A DNA stretch of 64,000 nt from the human T2T-CHM13v2.0 reference genome, Homo sapiens, in assembly GCF_009914755.1 (NCBI RefSeq), contig NC_060930.1. One strand, written 5' to 3'. Positions within the stretch are counted from its first letter, which is position 1; every line of letters begins with the position of its first letter. The position numbers were made by a program, and so were the translations under genes. Under the pieces are notes generated by a model that did no database searches, was not told the origin of the DNA, and worked only from the letters and a program-made list of their open reading frames with translations. Of this stretch, positions 1 through 11,612 are shown piece by piece.

Positions 1-37
1 TCCTAATGTGCAACCAGAGCTTAGAACTGCTGCCCCA

Positions 38-156
38 GAGAATTGCTTGAACCCAGGAGGCGGAGGTTGCAGTGAGCTGAGATCGCGCCACTATACTCCA
101 GCCTGAGTGAGAGAGCGAGACTCCGTCTCAAAAAAAAAAAAGGAAAAAAAAAAAAA
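38..156 (+). mobile_element. 5'-truncated Alu (part of right arm) with perfect 18-bp TSD
   Basis: AGAACTGCTGCCCCAGAG at 23-40 and 157-174 flanks GAGAATTGCTTGAACCC...CCGTCTC-polyA. Confidence 0.93.
91..102 (-). CDS. SAMD3: Candidate Alu-derived terminal coding segment (A-G-V-stop) of a short 221-aa SAMD3 isoform
   Basis: Antisense Alu right arm supplies a poly-T tract and acceptor CTCTCTCACTCAG (AG at 104-103), followed by GCT GGA GTA TAG, in phase 0 with the donor at 894. Agrees with my unverified recollection of a short annotated isoform. Confidence 0.65.
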   Translation of the reverse strand, partial: AGV

Positions 157-534
157 AGAACTGCTGCCCCAGAGCATCCTGAGGGTCTGTTTTTATCAGG
201 ACAGAAAGCAGAGATCTGACAGGGCCAGGTAAGGCTGGAGGCCCAGACCTCAAAGCCAGACAACAGCTCCACTGGGTCTGAGAAGGCAAGAAACACTTGA
301 TGACAGCTCCGAAGCAGGTGCAGCCATGTCTTTCTCTTTCTATGTGTCACATCTCCTAAAGACCCTTCCTAACCCTTAAAACCCTTAAGACTCTAAAGCG
401 AACAGCTCAATTTTAGCAACTTTATATGCTTGTGCAACCATAATCACTATCCATTTTGGCCACCCTCAGCCCTAGGCAACTCCTGATCAGCTCTGTTGCA
501 CTGAGCTTCCAGTTTTGACAGGACAGCAACATGA

Positions 535-795
535 TGACAGAGAGAGACAAAGAAGACAAAGAAACACAGGGCAGAGAGAGACCAAGAAGTTATGAAAAAG
601 GGAAGACAAGGAGACAGAGAGAGAAAGAGAGAGAGCCAGAGAGAGAGAGAGCGCAAAGTCAAGAAAGAAGCATGGACTAACAGAAAGTGAAAGACAGAAA
701 CAAAGTTGGAGAGAGATTAAAGAGACAAAGAGTCAGAAAAACAGAAACAGATAGACCTAGATACATAGACAGAATGAGAGAGAGAGAGAGAGACA
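535..795. repeat. GA-rich low-complexity tract
   Basis: Degenerate (GA)n/(GACA)n purine-rich run. Confidence 0.8.
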
Positions 796-894
796 CCAAG
801 AAAAGATGGGTGAAGCATAAAATTACTGGGCAACACAAGGCAATTATTTTAAGATAGTCTGAAATTAACAGGATGGTGCCATGTGGTCACTTAC

Positions 895-979
895 GAAGCC
901 ACAGCCATCCTCATCCAGGAAAGGGTGGGCCTGCAGCAGGGCATTAACCACGTCATTGTACTGCTGGGTGCTGGGGTAC
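895..979 (-). CDS. SAMD3: SAMD3 coding exon (85 nt); cumulative CDS 654 nt = 218 codons; main gene continues beyond the left edge
   Basis: TTTTGGTGAACAG acceptor, TTC|GTAAGT donor. YPSTQQYNDVVNALLQAHPFLDEDGCGF, in frame after a 250-nt intron. Confidence 0.94.
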
Positions 980-1229
980 CTGTTCACCAAAACAAGGAGG
1001 ATATGTTTCACTTCAAGCAACCCACATTCCTTCCTTTAAGATGAGTCTAATTACACTCATTTTTCTTCACATTTTTCTATATAACAAAAAGAGATTTAAA
1101 TATTGGGCAATTGGGACCTATTACCAATATATCATCCACAATCTGAAGAGAGTTGATTCCACAGGAATTCTACTCTATTCTGAAACAGACCCTTTCCCAA
1201 AGCAGCAAGCTTGTCCTGTTGTCACTCAC

Positions 1230-1415
1230 AGTGAGCCTTCCAGATACTTAGTCATGTCGGCCTGGAGAAACTCAATGATCCTTATCCTCATGCTGTGATC
1301 CGGGCACTTCTGCTCTGCTAACATGCATTTGACATCATAGGGAAACTCTGGTAAAACATAGGACTTCGTCCACTGTAATGCTTTGCTTCTTGCTAGAATT
1401 TGTTTCACATTTCTT
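1230..1415 (-). CDS. SAMD3: SAMD3 coding exon (186 nt)
   Basis: TTTTTATTTCACAG acceptor, CT|GTGAGT donor. RNVKQILARSKALQWTKSYVLPEFPYDVKCMLAEQKCPDHSMRIRIIEFLQADMTKYLEGS(L); matches ORF-track entry 1226..1432. Confidence 0.95.
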
Positions 1416-1977
1416 CTGTGAAATAAAAACACACAAAGAATGAAATTCTATTCCAAATATATGCAGTTTATTAATTTGCTACATCCTGAGAACTTATGAA
1501 ATAAACAACTTTCCTGAGACCCAAATATATGGAAGTCATCAAGCCATCTTCCATCCATTCATCCATCCACAAATGTTTGAAGGCTCATTAAGTGTCTTTG
1601 TCCATTCACACAACACATAAATATGTATTCTTTAGAAAAAGTCATAATAATATAGACTTTAGAATAAAGCCTGAAGTTGAAATGCATACTAATTCATTTT
1701 TCTTAAAGAGAAAATGTAATGCATAGCTCAAAACTAGACAATATACTTAACAAAAAGAAAATACATTGCAATTCAGCAAAGCAAATGAGGCCTACCATAA
1801 AGTCTTAGCACCTGTTAAGAAAATTCTTCTAATTAATTTATTCTGCTGTTGTTTATAATTAAATACAAGATCCACCTAATTTAGTTTGTCTTTGCCTATT
1901 TTGATAAGGTGAACTTAGTTTCCAAATTAAATATAAGTAACAGATATTCCGATTCTATCCAGATGAAATTTCTATGA

Positions 1978-2722
<745 letters not shown>

Positions 2723-3507
2723 TCTTGTTCACTTTAAATGGGTGAACTTTATGCTATGTAAATGAAATGTCAATAAGGCTGTTTATAAAATTATCAGAAC
2801 AATGTTCAAGCCTTAAAGTTAGTGACTGACCACTGAGTATGCAAAATGAAGACTCTATAATATTAATAAAGTGTCCAAGTAACAATTAATCAAAGGCACT
2901 AGGTAGCTCTTAACCCATTTGTAAATAGGATCGATTTGTGGTGGAAGTAAAGAAACAGAGGCAAGCCAAGTAGAAGACAACAGGAAGATTTCCTAAATTG
3001 GCCTAAGTAGGTTAATTTTCTGATGACCATGGAACCTTTAGTGGCCCAAGCAACATTCAGATGAATTTTGAAAGACTAGGATTCTTTTAGCATTTTAGGT
3101 CATCCTTTATAAGAATGCACGAGCTATAATGTGATATGGAGAATCAAGCACACAGGAGAAAGCACTCTCACATCTATTTTTATGATAAGCTCCCTTTCCT
3201 TTTTTCCCCCTTTGGCGGTCCCTACTATATCAGTGGCGAAATTATGTCCTGGCTAAAATAAGCACACCAGTATTTAATACTTGACCCAATACCACAACAG
3301 GATATTTCCAGATGTAAGTCTCCGCTGCAGCCCAATCTATTTTCTAGTATGTTTCTCTTTCATTTTGTTCATTCATTCAACCAGTATTTATTAGGGGTCT
3401 ACTAAATGCGAATTACTCTTTCACAATCCTCATTTTCTTCCATATTCTATTACTTTGTTTCTTTCTCCCATGGCCAAATTACCTCTCCTGTATCTACTGA
3501 GACCTAG

Positions 3508-3864
<357 letters not shown>

Positions 3865-5339
3865 TTCCTAGCATTTTTTAAAAGCGATGTAACTTGGCAG
3901 GTGTTAAGCTGGTTTCAGTAATCTTAGCATCTATTTCCTTTTCCCCAGTGATTTTCAAGTAGCTAAATTAGCTGCCTGCCGGGTCCAGGTTTTTGAAGTT
4001 GTTATGTTACTTAGTACCACCTCAACAGATAAGTTCAATGTTCCAGTGTTATAAAATAAAGCTCGTTACACTGTTTGTCTTTTTATTCTACATACTTTCC
4101 CTCCTTTTTTTTTTCAGTGTCGGGGCGGAGACTATACTGCATGGTATTATTTCTATCAAACATCCACAATGTAGCTAGACATATAAAGGATCCAAGGAGA
4201 CAGATGCTCCATCTTGCTCTAAATAGAGGTATTAGGAAAGATCAGAAGCATCAAATTTTCATTTTCTTTACATTAAAACAATGTAAGAAGATATTCTGGA
4301 ATTGACTAAAAACCAACCCATGCCACCTAATACCAGTCAAAATGAGTATTACACACGAAAAGTGACTCATCAGAAATTAAAAATACATTCTAATTTGGAA
4401 GCAGATAACTGCAGGCAAAATCATTTCTCATCTGTAAAATTATATTTGCATTGGATTAAAAAAAGCTTTACTGTGAGGTTAAGATTATTCATAATATTTT
4501 TATTAAGCTAGAATTGGGCAGAACACCATAATAAGTCAGCCAAAAGTAAGGGCAGGGAGCAGACAGCAGTTCAACCCAAAGGATGGTTATATTACTGTTC
4601 CCACCTCAGAACCAGGCTCTTCGATAAAATCAGCACCACAAAGCAACAGATCTCTAACCCAAGGTATCTCAATCCTGGGTGCACAGTAGAATCAACTAGG
4701 AAGCTTTTAAAACATGTTAATGCCTACAGTTGGCCCCCGGCTAACTGAATCAGAGTTCACTGCTTACTAAATTCTCAGCTTATGTGTAGAGCTTATATTT
4801 GCAATAAAATAAAACTTATAATAAAGTTAAGACAACACATTTGATACTTGGCCATATCATTATTGTATTAGGTGCTAATTTAAAAAATGATTAGATGGCA
4901 TTTTCATAAAAAAGCTAACTGACTCTCCAACATTTTCTAACTTTAGTAAGAGTGAAAAAATATCCAATTCTTTCCCTGCTTCCAAAGAGCATATGGTATA
5001 CTCTGATGAGGCTCACACAGGGTAGGAAAGATGGCTCTGTTAAGAACGGGCTCAGGTGAGCACCAGCTCTCTAAGGAACAATCTGAAAGCACAGAAGAAC
5101 AGCAGTTGGTAGGGAGCAGAAGAAACACAGATGTTACATGAGGGCGGGGACTTTTTGTTTAATCTCCAGTATATATAACATTGCTTAGCAGAGTTGATAA
5201 CACAGTGATTTTTTGTTGAAAGAATAAACCAGGCATCTGAAAGAAGTAGCTACCTAAGCAGGGCTGAATTTGATGTGGTCTCGGCAAAGATGTGGACACT
5301 TCACTGGTCCGTGATTGCATTCATTACCCTGTAGATTCG

Positions 5340-5900
5340 GCTCCCCATTTATGCTCCAGGCATGTCTTTGAAATCACCTTCATCCTGCTTTTCCCTAACC
5401 TCTCTTACCTCAATCTCTTCCCAATCACCTCACCGGGACTGCTTCCTCTAAAGTCAATAATGATTTCCTGATTGACAAATTCAGGGCCTTTGACCATAAC
5501 TTTTTACAAGAGCTTCATAACTGCATTTAGTGTTATTGACTACTTCCTCACACCCCTTTTCTTCCTTAACTTCCTTGACACTGTTTCATTTTCCTGCTTC
5601 TCTTCCAATCTCTCTGACAACTTGTTTATTTGCTGATTTATACCTCCTTTACTTTCTGTGAGAATTTGCACATGGCTTGGTTCCTGCCCCCTTAATCCTC
5701 TGTATTGATTTTTGCTTTCTTCCTCAGAGAACTCATCCAGCCCCATGGCCTCAGCTCTGAGCTTTATGTTGATGGATTGTAAATCTATCATCAATAATCT
5801 GTTCTCCATGCTCCATCTTAGATCTCCAACAACAACTTGTACATTGTTCATCTCATACTCAACAAATCCAAAATAATTCACAATCTTTAAAAAAACCAAA
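5340..5900. mobile_element. Degenerate L2 fragment
   Basis: Pyrimidine-rich L2-like motifs (gcatttagtgttattgactacttcct, catggcttggttcctgcccc, atctcatactcaacaaatccaaaa). Confidence 0.55.
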
Positions 5901-5941
5901 AAAAAAAAAAACCAAAAAACAAAAACTAGGCTCTCATTTTC

Positions 5942-6284
5942 TAGGAACTGAATTGTGTTCCTTTCAAATTCTATATGTTGAAGCCCTAACCTCCAACGTG
6001 ACTGTACTTGGAGACAGACCTTTATGGAAGTAATTTAGTTAAATGAAATCATAAGGTTGGGCCCTGAGATGACGGGATTGGTATTCTTAAAAGATCTGTA
6101 TGCCATGTGAGGTCAGAGAGAAAATGTAGCCATCTGCAAGTGAAAAAGAGGGTCCTCAACAGAAATGGAAGAGGTCAGTGCCTTGATCTCAGGCTTACGG
6201 CCTCTAGAACCACCAAAAAATAAATTTCTATGTTTAGGTCACCAAGTCTATGGTATTTGTTTGGCAGCCTGTGCGGACTAACAC
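5942..6284 (+). mobile_element. MaLR solo LTR (MLT1A-C type)
   Basis: GAACTGAATTGTGTTCC...TATGTTGAAGCCCTAACC start, AATAAATTTCT, GTCTATGGTATTTGTTTGGCAGCC...GACTAACACA end. Confidence 0.85.
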
Positions 6285-6519
6285 AGAATTCCAATTTCCT
6301 TGTTTCTTTTACTGTACCCGTTTCTGTTAGCAACTCAAGCTTAACATCGTGATGTCTTTCACCTTCATTTTTCACTCCTAAGTGTCATGAAATTTTCCCT
6401 ACATTTTATCTCTGTATTTATTTACTTATTTCCATGGTTCATGCTACTACACTAATCCAAGTATTCGCCACTCAAATGTGGACTGCTTCAGTAGTCTCCT
6501 AGCAGAGTTCTGCTGGAAT

Positions 6520-7480
6520 GGCTTAATGAGCTCCCACTGGACCAGCTGTCTCAGAAACATTAACCATAAACATTAAACACATTTTAAAAAAATTAACTGA
6601 AAACACTGAAATGTGAAAAACAGAATGCAGGTTTTGAAAAGAAGCCTACACTTAGAACAAGAGGAAGACACTGGGCCTTTGATGAGGTTCCCTTTTCATG
6701 GCTTTTGGCCTGAAGGCAGGCCTCATGCTGTGCTGCCAAAACTCTAATAGAAAAACCTGTAGTATTTCTGGACTCAAAGACTTGGGGGCAGGATTTCGGG
6801 CAACCCATTATGTGGAAAAGGAGAGGAAAACCCCAGAAAAGAATGAGCTAATGAGGGAAAACTCCACAATCTGTGTATAAACTGTTCAAATCTCTGGATG
6901 ATCCTGAACTACACATGTGCATAACTGGATTAAGATAAAAGAACTCAACAGATTTTAACTGACACCAGGAGACTGAGTTTTCCACGTGAGTCCAACCAAT
7001 TTTGCGGTTTCCTAGAACAAAATGTCAACGCTCTTTGGGCGAACACAACAGATTCAAGAGACTCCACACTGTAACATTCATATTTAATCCAAAATTATGT
7101 AACGTACAAAAAAAAAAACCCAGAAAATGTAATCCATCCTCAAGAGTAAAGATAATCATTAGAATGTGATGCTAAGATGAACCAGATGTCGGCAAGGATT
7201 TTAAAGCGGCCATTCTAACAATGTTCAGTGAATTAAAGGCATATAGGCCAGAATGACTGAAATGATAGGAAAATTTAGCAAAGAAATAGAAATTGTTTAA
7301 AAGAAACAAATAGAAATTTAGAAGAAAAAAATACAAAATTTGAAATTAAAAATTGTACTAGATAGGATTAATAGCAGAATGGAGATTTAGGAGGAAATAG
7401 TCATTGAATTTGAAGACAGATCAACAGAAATGATCCAATCTGAAAAACACTGGGAAAAGAGATTAAAAAAAAATAAGAAA
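6520..7480 (+). mobile_element. Old L1M 5' UTR/ORF1 fragment
   Basis: A-rich coiled-coil-like ORF1 remnant (gaatttgaagacagatcaacagaaatgatccaatctgaaaaac). Confidence 0.65.
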
Positions 7481-9103
7481 AGTAGCTCATTTTTTCTAAT
7501 TGCAGCTCCTCACAATTTATCCCCCTATATAGCCATAAACCCTTCTCCTCTGTGATCCATCATCCAATTTTACATAAACACCGATTTAATCATGTCGGTC
7601 AGTGGAGGGGCCAGGTAGAGCTGGCCAATGGCTTCCAGGGCTACTTTTGGAACCAAGACATAGTTGAAGGTCCAAGCAAAATAAGGCAATCTTGCTTGAC
7701 ACTATAATCATGTCCAATTTCAAACACTATTTCTGGTACTGAAACACCACTGGGAACCAATGTAGAATTTAACTTCAAATTTAAAAGTCCCATAGTTTAA
7801 AGACCAAGTATATAGAAGACCTGCAAGTCCACATTCAATACTTGACCATACTAGATATCTGCCTTTTGCATGATTTCACATTTTCCAACTGTCATATGCA
7901 TGATAATCTTCCTGTTTGCCGACAATGTAACCCATATATATATTGAGTGACATGGGTGATTCAGGATTCTTCTACCCCCAACAATTAGACACCGTGAGAG
8001 TTTACTATGCAGTGAGAGTTTACTATGTCAGTCTCTTTGACCAATTAACATCTTCAGTATGTGGTCTCCCTGAGAGGAGAGTTACTGCTTCCTATTTCTG
8101 AGGACAACTGTGAGCCAGGCCCATCCCTTAATTATCAACCCTTTGGGTTCCTGGGGCTCCCCAGGAAGAGGAAAATAACTATGATTTGTTGACATGTTTG
8201 GATATAAACATTCGCATTTGGAAGGAAAACTGAGTCTGTTCTCTGTATTTAAACCCCTTTTGGAGCTATTGAGTGTTTGGCAGTTATTTTATCCCCATGA
8301 AAGTAGATAATATTGCCTTAGGGAAAAAGTAAGCTCTTGAATTTTCAAACTAGAAAGCTTCAGTATTTCTTTTCGAATTAGAGGAAGCTTAAGAGTTTAA
8401 AACTGTTGCTTCCTTCCTTTTTTTTTTTTTTAACTGAGCCGCAGTTTCTCGCTTTGTTGAAATTGGTGCTTCCAATTTCATTGACTTAAATTTAAAGGAA
8501 TTTTTTCATTCTCTTTTTACTTCTACAAATAAAACAGGTGATAGGATTTTAAAATTCTATGAGAAAAATAAAAGTCAATGGTCTGTAATTTCTTAAAATC
8601 CCAAATTTGAATTCTTCATATTTACTGATTAGAAGTTTTTGTACTCTCTTATTATCAACTGCTACACAATGTGAATTCTCAGATCCAGTCCAGACACAAG
8701 CCTTACTAAATCTCCAGAATGCACTATGCATGTGTTAGCAGTTTCTTCGCTTACTTTGTTGCCCTCAGTTGCCCTCATTCTTCTAGGTTTATCTCAAGCC
8801 TTCTTCTCAGGTAGATTTTACTCACTGCCACACTCCTGCCATGCATGTGGTTCTCCTCATCTGAATCCCCCACCTGGCCTGGTCCAACACTGGCCCTGTG
8901 AGCACTCAACTACATCTAGTCTCCTTATCTGTCTTGATTTTCCTACGTCCTTGTTGAATGAAATAGTTTGTGACAAAAATATTGTAGAAAGGTTTAGCAA
9001 TGCTTGAGAAAGATATAAAATATCAAATATAACATTGTATGATTGATAAAGATGGTCTGTAGTTCTATAAACTTGTGTTTTCTTTTCTTTTTTAAGAGAC
9101 AGG

Positions 9104-9505
9104 TGTCAGGCCTCTGAGCCCAAGCTAAGCCATCATATTCCCTGTGACCTGCACATACACATCCAGATGGCCGGTTTCTGCCTTAACTGATGACATTCCA
9201 CCACAAAAGAAGTGAAAATGTCCTGTTCCTGCTTTAACTGATGACATTGTCTTGTGAAATTCCTTCTCCTGGCTCATCCTGGCTCAAAAGCTCCCCCACT
9301 GAGTACCTTGTGACCCCCACTCCTGCCCACCAGAGAACAACCCCCCTTTTTCCTTTACCTTCCCAAATCCTATAAAATGGCCCCACCCCATCTCCCTTCG
9401 CTGACTCTCTTTTTGGACTCAGCCACCAGCACCCAGGTAAAATAAACAGCCATGTTGCTCACACAAAGCCTGTTTGGTGGTCTCTTCACACGGTCGCGCA
9501 TGAAA
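9104..9505 (+). mobile_element. HERV-H 5' LTR (LTR7 family)
   Basis: Starts TGTCAGGCCTCTGAGCCCAAG, ends GCGCATGAAA. TATAAAA 9371-9377, AATAAA 9441-9446. Confidence 0.95.
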
Positions 9506-10479
9506 TTTGGTGCCGTGACTCGGATCGGGGAACCTCCCTTGGGAGATCAATCCCCTGTCCTCCTGCTCTTTGCTCCGTGAGAAAGATCCACCTACGACCT
9601 CAGGTCTTCAGACCAACCAGCCCAAGAAACATCTCACCAATTTCAAATCCAGTAAGTGGCCTCTTTTTACTTACTTCTCCAACCTCCCTCACTATCCCTC
9701 AACCTCTTTCTCCTTTCAATCTTGGCGCCACACTTCAATCTCTCCCTTCTTTTAATTTCAATTCCTTTCATTTTCTGGTAGAGACAAAGGAGACACATTT
9801 CATCCGTGGACCCAAAACTCCGGTGCCAGTCACAGACTGGGAAGGCAGCCTTCCCTTGGTGTTTAATCATTGCAGGGACGCCTCTCTGATTATTCACCCA
9901 CATTTCAGAGGTGTCACACTACACAGGGACACCTGCCTTGGTCCTTCACCTTTAGCAGGAAGTCCCACTTTTCTGGGGGAGGGGCAAGTACCCCAACCCC
10001 TTCTCTCCATGTCTCTACCCCTTCTCCGCCTTTCTGGGGGGCAAGAAACCCCCAACCCCTTCTCCTTCACCCTTAGCAGCAAGTCCCACTTTTCTGGGGG
10101 AGGGGCAAGTACCCCAACCTCATATCTCTGCTCCCCGATCCCTTATTTCTGTGCCCTGACCTCTTACATCTCTGCACCCCAATCCCTTATTTCCGTGCCC
10201 TGACCTCTTATCTCTGCGCCCTGATCCCTTATTTCCACGCCCCGACCTCTTATCTCTGTGCCCCAACCCCTTATTTCTGTGCCCTGACCCCTTTCCCGCT
10301 TTTCTGGAGGGTAAGAACCCCTGAACCCCTTCCCTCTGTGTCTCTACTCTCCCTTTTCTCTGGGCTTGCCTCCTTCACTATGGGCAACTTTCCACCCTCC
10401 ATTCCTCCAACTCCCTTAGCCTGTGCTCTCAAGAACTTAAAACCTCTTCAACTCACACCTGACCTAAAACCTAAATGCC

Positions 10480-11612
10480 TTATTTTCTTCTGCAATGCCG
10501 CTTGACCCCAATACAAACTCGACAGTAGTTCCAAATAGCCAGAAAATGGCACTTTCAAGTTTTCCATCCTGCAAGATCTAAATAATTCTTGTTGTAAAAT
10601 AGGCAAACGGTCTGAGGTGCCTGATGTCCAGGCATTCTTTTACACATCAGTCCCTTCCTAGTCTCTGTGCCCAATGCAACTTGTCCCAAATCTTCCTTCT
10701 TTCCCTCCCTCCTGTCCCCTCAGTCCCAACCCCAAGCGTCACTGGGTCTTTCTAATCTTCCTTTTCTCCAGACCCATCTGACCTCTCCCCTCCTCCCCAG
10801 GCTGCTTCTCGCCAGGTCGAGCTAGGTCCCAATTCTTCCTCAGCCTCCGCTCCTCCACTCTATAATCTTTTTATCACCACCCCTCCTCACACCCAGTCTG
10901 GCTTACAGTTTCATTCTGCGACTAGCCCTCCCCCACGTGCCCAGCAATTTCCTCTTAAAAAGGTGGCTGGAGCTAAAGGTATAGTCAAGGTTAATGCTCC
11001 TTTTTCTTTATCCGACCTCTCCCAAATCAGTTAGCATTTAGACTCTTTTTCGTCAAATATAAAAATCCCAGCCCAGTTCATGGCTTGTTCGGTAGCAACC
11101 CTGAGACACTTTACAGCCCTAGACCCTAAAAGGTCAAAAGGTTGTCTTATTCTCAATATACATTTTATTACCCAATCTGCTCCTGACATTAAATAAAACT
11201 CCAAAAATTAAATTCTGGCCCTCAAACCCTACAACAGGATTTAATTAACCTCACCTTCAAGGTGTACAATAATAGAAAAAAGTTGCAATTCCTTGCCTCC
11301 ACTGTGAGACAAACCCCAGCCACATCTCCAGCACACAAGAACTTCCAAATGCCTGAACCACAGCGGCCAGGCATTTCTCCAGAACCTCCTCTCCCAGGAG
11401 CTTGCTACAAGTGCCAGAAATCTGGCCACTGGGCCAAGGAATGCTCACAGCCCAGAATTCCTCCTAAGCCGCGTCCCATCTGTGCAGGACCCCACTGGAA
11501 ATTGGACTGTTCAACTCACTTGGCAACCACTCCCAGAGCCCATGGAACTCTGGCCCAAGGCTCTCTGACTGAGTCCTTCCCAGATCTTCTCGGCTTAGCA
11601 GCTGAAGACTGA
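10480..11612 (+). pseudogene. HERV-H gag remnant with nucleocapsid zinc knuckles
   Basis: CYKCQKSGHWAKEC (CCHC, 11403-11444) and a damaged second knuckle RPICAGPHWKLDC in ORF 11262..11612. Upstream part has stops; start approximate. Confidence 0.85.

Noticed and set aside
865-894. Read-through of the 894 donor giving VSDHMAPSC-stop
   Set aside because: The donor is a strong GTAAGT, and short open read-through occurs at many introns.
9508-9525. tRNA-His-complementary 18-mer
   Set aside because: It is the retroviral primer-binding site, not a tRNA gene.
9577-10203. 208-aa ORF, the longest in the window
   Set aside because: Lies in the C/T-rich HERV-H leader, starts at GTG, and stop-poor frames are expected from the composition. 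No evidence of translation.
10110-10290. About 20-bp degenerate tandem repeats that superficially resemble a CRISPR array
   Set aside because: They are the usual HERV-H leader repeats; there are no unique spacers or cas genes, and the DNA is eukaryotic.
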